A stretch of 54,707 bases of DNA from a virus (lineage: Duplodnaviria; Caudoviricetes): positions 1 to 54,707 of IMG/VR virus record IMGVR_UViG_3300020455_000018; one strand, written 5' to 3'. Positions within the stretch are counted from its first letter, which is position 1. Each line of letters begins with the position of its first letter. Under the pieces are notes generated by a model. The model was not told the origin of the DNA. It saw nothing but the letters and a program-made list of their open reading frames with translations, and did not search any database. Below, in pieces: positions 30,275-37,815 of this stretch. Both the position numbers and the translations under genes were made by a program.

Positions 30275-30625
30275 TATATGCGGACTTAGTAGCCAACCTT
30301 TCTACGTTGATTTTCCATGGAATATCCTGGACCACAACATAAAACAAGTCCGCACATAATATACGATTTTATGATTAGAAAACAAAGAGAAATAGTAAAC
30401 CCACGTATGTTTATTTTACTGTTTGTTGTATATATACATTGTGGAGTTGCGCTATATACGTTGATAAGCTTTCTCTTTATCTTCTAATTTTTTGAGGATT
30501 AGCTATCCCATCGACTCTATATAGCTTTGTTGCAAATGGAATCCTCAAATCTATAAGCTGAGTGCCTACTTTATGAACCTAGTAGATAACCGATAGTTAA
30601 ACTAGGTGAGGCACCGCCGCTTGGT
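30275..30625 (-). ncRNA. Tandem array of four stem-closed RNA domains
   Basis: Closing stems 30276-30287/30346-30357, 30374-30392/30470-30488, 30491-30500/30540-30549, 30562-30567/30609-30614, each with inner helices. Confidence 0.6.
30358..30385 (-). promoter_or_regulatory. Candidate promoter TTGTTT-N16-TATATT
   Basis: TCGTATATTAT -10 region shared with the 34601 promoter. Confidence 0.45.
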
Positions 30626-30639
30626 AATGCCATTCTATC

Positions 30640-31203
30640 CTAAAATGGCAAGTCATCAACATCTACTTCTTCTTCAGATAATCTATCACCGTCATCCCAT
30701 TTGTGAACATTAGTCACTTTAAGAGAGGTTCTTTCTTTACCTTCTGAATTAGTAAATGAAGTTTCTTTTAATTCAATTAAACAAGGAAATCCGATAACAT
30801 CCTTTTCTTCTACTTCAGCTAGTGTAGTATCTCCAGCGTCATTGCTTGGAAATTGTACACCTAAGCCTTCAAAGAACTCTTTGTATCTTCTGTTTTTCCA
30901 TCCTTCACCTTCTGCAGGATTAGGAGTCAGCCAAACACCTTTATCTACACGATATGTGTTTCCTGATACAAAACCAGCGTTAACTACATCTCCTGTTGGT
31001 ACATAATTACCATTAGAATCTTTAGTTAGTTTTGGTATTTCTATTTCCTTTGCTTCTTCTGCTACTTTGAATGTTAGGTTAAACACAATGCTACCATTGT
31101 ATTCATTAGATTCAAACTTGCTAACATGAGCAGGATAAGTTCCTTCTGCTACTGGTACAAATCCGTCATCTTTTTCGTTATACGTTGCTTTTACTTCTTT
31201 CAT
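30640..31203 (-). CDS. Single-stranded DNA-binding protein (DUF669-like)
   Basis: F.PV.EGTY.A.V N-terminus; acidic DVDDLPF C-terminal tail; next to SSAP. Confidence 0.75.
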   Translation of the reverse strand: MKEVKATYNEKDDGFVPVAEGTYPAHVSKFESNEYNGSIVFNLTFKVAEEAKEIEIPKLTKDSNGNYVPTGDVVNAGFVSGNTYRVDKGVWLTPNPAEGEGWKNRRYKEFFEGLGVQFPSNDAGDTTLAEVEEKDVIGFPCLIELKETSFTNSEGKERTSLKVTNVHKWDDGDRLSEEEVDVDDLPF

Positions 31204-31469
31204 TTAGCTTCCCCTTTCGTATATTTTTCTATTATTTTATTTACTTCCATTTTGAGCTTAGTCATCTCTTTAGAATACTTTGCTCCTTTTAAACCCGCAA
31301 AATACAACATAGGTGATACCCAAGTACCATCTCCTGTTTTAACAAATCTACGAGTTGTGCCTCTACCTGCACTAATCAAACCATCTGATTGCATTTTTTC
31401 AAGGTCTGATTGTGTGAAGACGCCATCTTTTACAAGTTCTTCCGCTTGTTTTAAGGTTAATTTACCCAT
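31200..31469 (-). CDS. Hypothetical protein
   Basis: GGAGG RBS, operon overlap. Confidence 0.7.
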   Translation of the reverse strand: MGKLTLKQAEELVKDGVFTQSDLEKMQSDGLISAGRGTTRRFVKTGDGTWVSPMLYFAGLKGAKYSKEMTKLKMEVNKIIEKYTKGEAK

Positions 31470-31722
31470 CTTGTTTATCCTCCATAGGTTCTTCTATACT
31501 ATAAGACAAATAACTTTGATTAATATTTAAATTAATATGTTCATTATCTTCTGTTTTCATAACAAATGTTAACATTGGTTTGCCATGGTATAGTTTAGTT
31601 CCTGTAAATATTGCATTACGAAACTCTTTACCATCATTTACACCAATAGTATAACTATTATGTGTTTGATACAGTTCATCTCTATAGTTTTCTTTTGCTT
31701 TTCCAATTTCACTTAGTTTCAT
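31462..31722 (-). CDS. Hypothetical protein
   Basis: Operon overlap. Confidence 0.7.
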   Translation of the reverse strand: MKLSEIGKAKENYRDELYQTHNSYTIGVNDGKEFRNAIFTGTKLYHGKPMLTFVMKTEDNEHINLNINQSYLSYSIEEPMEDKQDG

Positions 31723-32318
31723 TTAGCCGCTCTCTTTTCATCAAGTTCGTCTATTGCTTTTTTTACTTTATCCGCTTTACGCTTCAATTTATTAAAAGCC
31801 GCTTTATAGTTAGAATCATTAATAGTTTCACTACCAATTTGTTCAACTAATTTTGCTTCCAAACCCTTATCGCCAATAATAGCAAGTAAATCTAACATTG
31901 ATTTGTATTGCTCTTTATTTAACGCATCTGGAGCTTGTGGTAAATCTTCACCAGCATAGATATATAAACCTAATCCATGTAATGCTATTGCTTTTGCTAA
32001 ACAACGTTGTATTGATGTGTTTACTTGAAAAGCATTAGGTTCATCTACAGTTTTATTTCTATTGTCTAATACTGGATGTATTTGAGTTCTAATGACTTTA
32101 TCTATCTCAACAGATACTTGTACAAAACAACCAGCGTCAGTACGCATATAAGGTGATTCTGTACCATTATCTATAAAAGTATGTACTTGCCATGTAGCTT
32201 TAGGAAATTCTTCAAGCAATACTTTAACAGCCCACGCCCAAGAAAGATAAGTATAATTACCTTTCTTTTCTGTATGCTCACTTACATCTATTTTACTTAA
32301 TACACTAAACGCACTCAT
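31719..32318 (-). CDS. Sak/DUF1071 Rad52-like single-strand annealing protein
   Basis: YLSWAWA and NTSIQRCLAKAIALHGLGLYIYAGEDLP signature. Confidence 0.92.
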   Translation of the reverse strand: MSAFSVLSKIDVSEHTEKKGNYTYLSWAWAVKVLLEEFPKATWQVHTFIDNGTESPYMRTDAGCFVQVSVEIDKVIRTQIHPVLDNRNKTVDEPNAFQVNTSIQRCLAKAIALHGLGLYIYAGEDLPQAPDALNKEQYKSMLDLLAIIGDKGLEAKLVEQIGSETINDSNYKAAFNKLKRKADKVKKAIDELDEKRAAK

Positions 32319-32550
32319 TTAAATCCCCCCATTTATCATACAAATCGTCAAAGTTACTCATAATTTGTTTCCAAGTATCTTTGTCTATACTAGCACTATT
32401 TCTAGCTTCAGGACTAAACATATTATGTTGTCCATCTTGTCTAACTTCAAGAAATGCTATCCATTCGTCTTTGTATATTTTGTTTATTGGATTGTTATCT
32501 TTTCCGTCTCCAACCATTGCATAATTATCTTCATTTGTAATTTTTAACAT
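32305..32550 (-). CDS. Hypothetical protein
   Basis: VRQDGQHNMF motif; GGAGG RBS. Confidence 0.72.
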   Translation of the reverse strand: MLKITNEDNYAMVGDGKDNNPINKIYKDEWIAFLEVRQDGQHNMFSPEARNSASIDKDTWKQIMSNFDDLYDKWGDLNECV

Positions 32551-33173
32551 ATTGAAAACCCTCCTGATTGTTCTGCGAATTCTACAAAGTTTTCTACATT
32601 TTCCCTGTTAATAGGATAACTAGCTGCCCAATTTCTTTCTTCAAGCAATGCGTCAAACTGTTTCTTTAACTCTTTAGGATAATTCATTGGAACAATGTCC
32701 TTATCTCCTGTCATAGTTATAGCTATTTTATTTAATGCATCTTTTTGTTCATTGAGCTTTTCATTTTCTTTCTTTGCTTGTTCCATTTTTCTTTTATGTT
32801 CATCAAAATATTCTTTAGTTTCAGGACTTTCTAAAGCTTCTTTTAACCTTTTAGCTATTGCTATTGCTTTATCTTCAGTAATAACATGTCCGTCATTCCA
32901 AGTTCCAGCATTCATATCTTTTTCTGTTAAAATGTCTTCACAATGGTCGCAAGTAAATCCCCATAAAGGTCTCCACCACCAAACATTATTTCTAAAATAA
33001 GTTCCTGGATTTTTATTTTCCCATTCACTATTTAATTCCCAATACTCATCGTTAAGTCCTTGTTTTTCTCTATCTTCGTAAGACATAGCACATAACTCTT
33101 CATATCGTTCACTTTTCTTATCTGAAAAGCCTTTTACTACTTTTGGATTTTCTCCGTATAAATCGAATCCCAT
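32544..33173 (-). CDS. Hypothetical conserved phage protein
   Basis: MGFDL...YFRNNVWWWRPLW...NDG...SGGFSIC; GGAGG RBS. Confidence 0.8.
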   Translation of the reverse strand: MGFDLYGENPKVVKGFSDKKSERYEELCAMSYEDREKQGLNDEYWELNSEWENKNPGTYFRNNVWWWRPLWGFTCDHCEDILTEKDMNAGTWNDGHVITEDKAIAIAKRLKEALESPETKEYFDEHKRKMEQAKKENEKLNEQKDALNKIAITMTGDKDIVPMNYPKELKKQFDALLEERNWAASYPINRENVENFVEFAEQSGGFSIC

Positions 33174-33176
33174 TTG

Positions 33177-33383
33177 TTATTCCTCCAACTTTCTTTGTTT
33201 AACTTGTTTTACTATCATTTCGGCAACTTTACTGCCTTTATCTGCAAACATTAATCTTATTCTTGTAGGCAAAACTATATCAAAATTACAGACTGCACAA
33301 CATCTACCATCATTGATAGGTTCTGCATTGTGTCCATAAGGGTCGTCATGTTCTTGTCCACATATACTACATTCTAATTTCAT
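33177..33383 (-). CDS. Small Zn-binding protein
   Basis: CSIC...GHNAEP...GRCCAVCN...V.P.R. Confidence 0.78.
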   Translation of the reverse strand: MKLECSICGQEHDDPYGHNAEPINDGRCCAVCNFDIVLPTRIRLMFADKGSKVAEMIVKQVKQRKLEE

Positions 33384-33399
33384 ATTATCTCCAATTAGT

Positions 33400-33837
33400 T
33401 ATCAGCCGTACTTTTAGGCGTTACCTAGGTGTGTACAGCATACCATGCGATTAGGTGTCCAATGCCTATTTTGGATGTTCTTTGACTTCTTCGCTCGTTA
33501 TCCCTCTTTTTAAACTCTATTTAAGCATAGGCTGCACTTTATCCACTTTGGGATAAGCTAAGTTTAAATTTCTTAAGGTCCCTAAATTCCTGTTTTCATT
33601 AGTGTTTCTCCGTGTTAATAGATAGATAAAATCCACGGGTGCACCAAGTCTTCAAAATCAAGACTCACTCCTTAGAGGCTGTGTTCTTGTCTTATAAAGT
33701 GTTTCTGTATATAAGTATTGTAAGTGCTAATGGTTGTACTTTCCATGAAATACTTTACTAGGTATGTTAGCTCAACATATTATCCCATATATATACTTGA
33801 CATCCTCATTATAAAACATTCTATTTTTATCTATCTA
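33400..33837 (-). ncRNA. Putative structured RNA region (two domains separated by a minigene)
   Basis: Perfect 13-bp stem 33619-33631/33825-33837 enclosing 33688-33697/33809-33818; second domain closed by 33509-33516/33561-33568. Confidence 0.6.
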
Positions 33838-34584
33838 AATACTATATAATCCAGGACAGTATTTGCCCTGAAATTCACAATATTTACATTCCCAATTATA
33901 TACGGGAACATTTTCTGTACCAGGTTTAAGCATTTCCGCTTCACCCTGTATACTATCACTTGTTTCGTTCAAGTCAGTCCAATAATTAAACGCTTCTTCA
34001 AGATATAGTTCACTAATCTTCTCTTCACGCATCATTGAATTGTCTTTATTATACCACATAATAGATAGTCTTATATCAGTAATATCTTCTTCATTACCTA
34101 ATCCTATTGCATAAGTAGCTAATTGTAATTCATAGTTCACACTTGGGTTCTTGTCTGGATTTCTACCAAATTTCATACGCCATTTCCAAGCTCCTGCTGT
34201 CTTAATATCATATACATGAATCATTTCACCTTCTCTATTAATAACACCTACATCTAAGTGTCCTACTACATTAAGTTCAGGTATTTCTATTCTATGTTCT
34301 GTAACAACTTGTAATTCATCAGGTTTATCTGCTCTTTCTTGTATGTCGTAATCTTTCATCGCTTCTTCAAAATCAGCGTGTACAAGAGTTCCAAGTCTTA
34401 GTAATCTAGCACTTTTTTCATCTAATGCTCCAACTTCTAAACCTTGTGTTCTATGTATTTGTTTTCTATAACAACTACCAGCACTACTAGCTGAGAACCA
34501 ACCTAAATGGTCTTTGTATTTTTCACGATTCTCAACGCTTTTTTTTTGCAAGTATTTATTATATATTTTAGGTATGTCTATCAT
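33835..34584 (-). CDS. Cas4-like PD-(D/E)xK exonuclease with predicted Fe-S cluster
   Basis: SASSAGSC, GTLVH, GHLD, DIKT, QLATY, CKYC....YC; GGAGG RBS before ATG 34584. Confidence 0.88.
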   Translation of the reverse strand: MIDIPKIYNKYLQKKSVENREKYKDHLGWFSASSAGSCYRKQIHRTQGLEVGALDEKSARLLRLGTLVHADFEEAMKDYDIQERADKPDELQVVTEHRIEIPELNVVGHLDVGVINREGEMIHVYDIKTAGAWKWRMKFGRNPDKNPSVNYELQLATYAIGLGNEEDITDIRLSIMWYNKDNSMMREEKISELYLEEAFNYWTDLNETSDSIQGEAEMLKPGTENVPVYNWECKYCEFQGKYCPGLYSI

Positions 34585-34600
34585 AGATTCCTCCGACAAT

Positions 34601-34629
34601 AATATACGAATATTTCAGGTTATATGCAA
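34601..34629 (-). promoter_or_regulatory. sigma70-type promoter TTGCAT-N17-TATATT
   Basis: Canonical spacing, directly upstream of RBS; closely resembles the promoter at 37816. Confidence 0.65.
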
Positions 34630-34641
34630 CACCTATTCAGG

Positions 34642-34905
34642 CTATAATAACCTTCTTAAATCATATAATAATTGATTGTTATTTTGAGTATCTTCTAACA
34701 CATACTTACCAAAGTTTGCTTCTTTGTGTTGTATTCTTCTAGTATCAATATCAAAACCTTCTTCTCTAAGTCTAAATATAATAGCACTTAGCCTTGTTGC
34801 ACGATAAAGTTCAAATGCATCTAAACTCGTAATATTACCATATTTCTTTAAGTGTCTTAATATCTTTACTGTTTGAGTATTTTTTCCAACTGTAAATCTT
34901 AACAT
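34642..34905 (-). CDS. Winged helix-turn-helix protein (HTH_39-like)
   Basis: ILRHLKKYGNITSLDAFELY.ATRLSAIIFRLREEGFDI. Confidence 0.85.
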   Translation of the reverse strand: MLRFTVGKNTQTVKILRHLKKYGNITSLDAFELYRATRLSAIIFRLREEGFDIDTRRIQHKEANFGKYVLEDTQNNNQLLYDLRRLL

Positions 34906-35105
34906 TAGTACCTCTCAATCTTAATTCTAGTTTTCTTCTTTAAGAACTCACGAGTGTTTTGCATTAATCTTACAAACCAATGTGTTCTTCTGTAATTATT
35001 TAAAGCATCAACTATTGCTATTGCTTTACCACTACCTTTATGGTTTATGGAATATGCATTTGCATAATTATCATATCCATAATAATCTCTAACATCTTTT
35101 TTCAC
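34905..35105 (-). CDS. Hypothetical protein
   Basis: GGAGG RBS, GTG start. Confidence 0.7.
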   Translation of the reverse strand: MKKDVRDYYGYDNYANAYSINHKGSGKAIAIVDALNNYRRTHWFVRLMQNTREFLKKKTRIKIERY

Positions 35106-35118
35106 TACTTTTCACCTC

Positions 35119-35640
35119 CTATGGCTGAAATGCCCATGGTTTAACTGGAAACCATAATCTTGCTTTATTTTTTAAAGTTCCATTTTTATTTATATCTTGA
35201 TGAAATATATAATAATTTTTCTTTAAGATAAATCTTGTATCAGTTTTAAATGGAATAATTTTAGTTTTAGGTATAAAATAATAAGGTCTACCATGCTGGT
35301 CTTCATGCATAGATAACCAAGATACTTTAGTAAACTTTTTATCTATTATTCTCCACATTTGATAACGTGGAATAGTATGTAAACTTTTATAATGCTTTCT
35401 ATATTCTTTCACTTCATCTGTTACAACTATATTATCATCCCACATAGTATTAAACTTTTTTATTGTTTCTTTATAATAATCATTAGGAGTTATATGATAT
35501 ATATATTTATTATTAAACACTACCATATAATATGTTTTACCATGTCTATCTTTAGTTCTTCTAGCCCAAGCCATAGAATTTAACATTGTATCATATCCTT
35601 GACTACCGCTTTGTGTAAATGGTGCTAACAAATCTTTCAT
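35119..35640 (-). CDS. Hypothetical basic/aromatic protein
   Basis: AAAGAGGTAG RBS, 173 aa. Confidence 0.75.
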   Translation of the reverse strand: MKDLLAPFTQSGSQGYDTMLNSMAWARRTKDRHGKTYYMVVFNNKYIYHITPNDYYKETIKKFNTMWDDNIVVTDEVKEYRKHYKSLHTIPRYQMWRIIDKKFTKVSWLSMHEDQHGRPYYFIPKTKIIPFKTDTRFILKKNYYIFHQDINKNGTLKNKARLWFPVKPWAFQP

Positions 35641-35679
35641 ATCTACCTCTTTCTTTTTATTTAATCTTTTTTTTAAGCT

Positions 35680-36480
35680 GGAATCCTGAGATTATGGATT
35701 ACAATGATATAACTTTAGCTAGGTTTTAGCCTAAACTCCCTTATTTGTTAGGAGGCATATCCACTCAGTTTTTATTCACCGAGTATTATATCAAGCCCAA
35801 TAGGTATCGCCTATCACTCTTACTTCTGAGTTATTTCTACCCCTACTAAACTATTACTGGATTGCCACCCAATGAATAGTATTTCGGAATACCTAGCGAA
35901 CTTGGAAGTTCATCTAGACATCTTCTATTACAAAGATGCTCGAGGGCTCTATGCTCTCAGAAGTTTCAAGTCTTTTCCCGATTGGTTTTGCCAATCACTC
36001 GTCATTGTTTATAACACGTATTTGTGTCTCTATAATTAGAGTAGACTATCAAAGTGAAACATGTGCTTGAAATAGCAATCAGGACTTCCTTTTGAGAAAT
36101 CTATTGATTAACATGTCTCTATGTTCCTTATAGGAAAAGGTTTACATGGTCTTGGCTGTCTTATACTTACACTTTCATATAAGCATCTATACACCGACTA
36201 AATATAACAACCTGGTTCCTACACCTTTATGTCATATTCTATGGATTATTCCTATTGCTATTACTAGCTCAATTGATGTTGATTCACCAATATAGACTCC
36301 TACTAAGCGCCTGAAGGACTTACTTAATAGTTTTCTATGTATTCCAATTGCATACTCAAACACCAAAGTATATTGATGTCGCATTAATAACCCTACAATA
36401 AGCTATTAATACTTTATCCTTGTTTCCAAGTTTATTTAACGATTATATACAACCGATTCTTTTATGGCAGAATGGACCAA
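35680..36480 (-). ncRNA. Putative giant structured ncRNA (~800 nt), GOLLD/ROOL-like
   Basis: No ORF of 60 aa or more; many nested helices with minus-strand G-U pairs and GNRA loops; long-range closure 36351-36360/35685-35696. Confidence 0.7.
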
Positions 36481-36497
36481 ATCTTTATTGAACTTTA

Positions 36498-36766
36498 TTA
36501 GATAGTATAAAGTCGTGAAGTCGTAAACTCACATTTAAGTCTAGAATTTATAAATGCGCTCAGTTAATTAATGTCACGAACTAAATATTAACTACCTAGT
36601 CATATTCAGATAATTCTATTGTCACCAACAAAATATGGACAACACGTAATGTTTTCAATCATCAAAAACTCTTCCTGACCGCTAGGCATACATTGTAATG
36701 TAATTTGACTAGGTTTGTTTTCTATTACTAACATTCGTTTAACTATTCCTTTTATATACTATCTAA
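36498..36766 (-). ncRNA. Putative ~270-nt multi-stem RNA
   Basis: 12-bp closing stem 36498-36509/36755-36766; inner 9-bp 36594-36602/36706-36714 and 36513-36518/36574-36579. Confidence 0.6.
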
Positions 36767-36775
36767 AATAATGTA

Positions 36776-36833
36776 AAGGCGCACCAAGAGGTAAACAACT
36801 AACTTACTACGCTAAACTGATAAGATGCGCCTT
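36776..36833 (-). promoter_or_regulatory. 3'-UTR hairpin displaying anti-RBS sequence
   Basis: 10-bp stem AAGGCGCAUC/GGUGCGCCUU; loop contains UUUACCUCUU. Confidence 0.55.
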
Positions 36834-37038
36834 AATAAATACTATGTAATGAGCGCTTTAATAACATTGTATCTAATTCTATGATACGTTGTCTTAGCTC
36901 ACTAGCTGTTGTATTATTTCTAATAATTGATAATTCTCTAGTATAAGGTAATGGATACCCATATACTTCTTTGAAAGAATCTTTATACTGTATTAATAGT
37001 ATATCTCTTTCATTATAACTCATCTCACTTAATGTCAT
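36832..37038 (-). CDS. Hypothetical early protein
   Basis: AAAGAGGTAG RBS identical to that of the 35640 gene. Confidence 0.72.
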   Translation of the reverse strand: MTLSEMSYNERDILLIQYKDSFKEVYGYPLPYTRELSIIRNNTTASELRQRIIELDTMLLKRSLHSIY

Positions 37039-37075
37039 ATCTACCTCTTTTTTTTAGTTTTATTATGTGTTGATA

Positions 37076-37105
37076 TAGAGACAAGGGGACTAATCCTTAT
37101 CTCTA
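37076..37105 (-). promoter_or_regulatory. 11-bp hairpin upstream of an early gene
   Basis: UAGAGAUAAGG/CCUUGUCUCUA stem, loop AUUAGUCC. Confidence 0.5.
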
Positions 37106-37135
37106 CATCTTACTATAATGGTCATAGTATAAATC

Positions 37136-37225
37136 TTATCTATATTCATTTATAGAATATATATAACTATTAAATTCTCTAATATCTGCATTAACTTCTA
37201 TTAAATCTGTTAAGTCATTATTCAT
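37136..37225 (-). CDS. Possible 29-aa peptide (MNNDLTDLIE...)
   Basis: Open frame with weak AAGAG RBS. Confidence 0.35.
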   Translation of the reverse strand: MNNDLTDLIEVNADIREFNSYIYSINEYR

Positions 37226-37242
37226 TTATATCTCTTTTCAGT

Positions 37243-37262
37243 TTATCCCCATGTTATCCACA
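37243..37262 (+). promoter_or_regulatory. Two tandem DnaA boxes (TTATCCCCA, TTATCCACA); candidate origin
   Basis: Perfect consensus box at 37254-37262 and a 1-mismatch box 11 bp upstream, near an AT-rich tract. Confidence 0.55.
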
Positions 37263-37339
37263 TAATGTGTATATATAGAGTGTTTCTACTATCTACCTTT
37301 CTTTTCTTTTATTAGTAATATAAATAAATATAATACAAT

Positions 37340-37383
37340 AAAAAAAACTGCAAGAGAGGACTAAGCCAATAAATAGTCCTCTC
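37340..37383 (-). terminator. Intrinsic-terminator-like hairpin
   Basis: GAGAGGACTA/TAGTCCTCTC 10-bp stem, followed on the minus strand by TTGCAG and a T run. Confidence 0.55.
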
Positions 37384-37414
37384 CCAATAATATACTTATC
37401 TCATAGATTCCTCC

Positions 37415-37684
37415 TTAAGAATTTAATATATCGTCTACGCTTTGTTCTGGTGCAGCATTAGGGTTATTCATATGCTGTTTAATAGCTCCAAGAATCTTGA
37501 GTCTATCTTTTACATCAGATGCAAGTTCTCTAGTATTCTTTGGCACTTCAGTGAAGCCTCCGAATCTATTGTCTTGAAATGACTTTGTACACTTGAATGA
37601 GTTACCTACTTCAAGTATCATTTTAGCCATGCTTGCATCTACCAGGTTGTCAGCGGAGTATCTTGATTGTGCTTTCTTTGCCAC
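37415..37684 (-). CDS. First gene of the early block, hypothetical (89 aa; GTG start)
   Basis: GAGGAGG RBS before GTG 37684; the longer track ORF extends into the control region. Confidence 0.72.
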   Translation of the reverse strand: MAKKAQSRYSADNLVDASMAKMILEVGNSFKCTKSFQDNRFGGFTEVPKNTRELASDVKDRLKILGAIKQHMNNPNAAPEQSVDDILNS

Positions 37685-37815
37685 AATAACCTCCTCTTTA
37701 GTTAGGTTGATATTAATTACAATTCGTTTATAACGTAATTCTATATACTTATAATCCCCATCAGAGGGGGTACATACACATATATGAGTGCATTTCAAAA
37801 TCCTACAATTTTTTG

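Noticed and set aside
33835-34584. Cas4-like gene as part of a CRISPR-Cas or guide-RNA system
   Set aside because: No repeat-spacer array or other cas genes seen; context (Sak, SSB, DUF932) fits a phage recombination exonuclease
28030-36830. tRNA, tmRNA, RNase P, group I intron or hammerhead identity for the structured gaps
   Set aside because: No cloverleaf with T-loop, no tmRNA termini, no GAGGAAAGUCC, no CUGANGA/GAAA core recognised by eye; a covariance-model search is still needed
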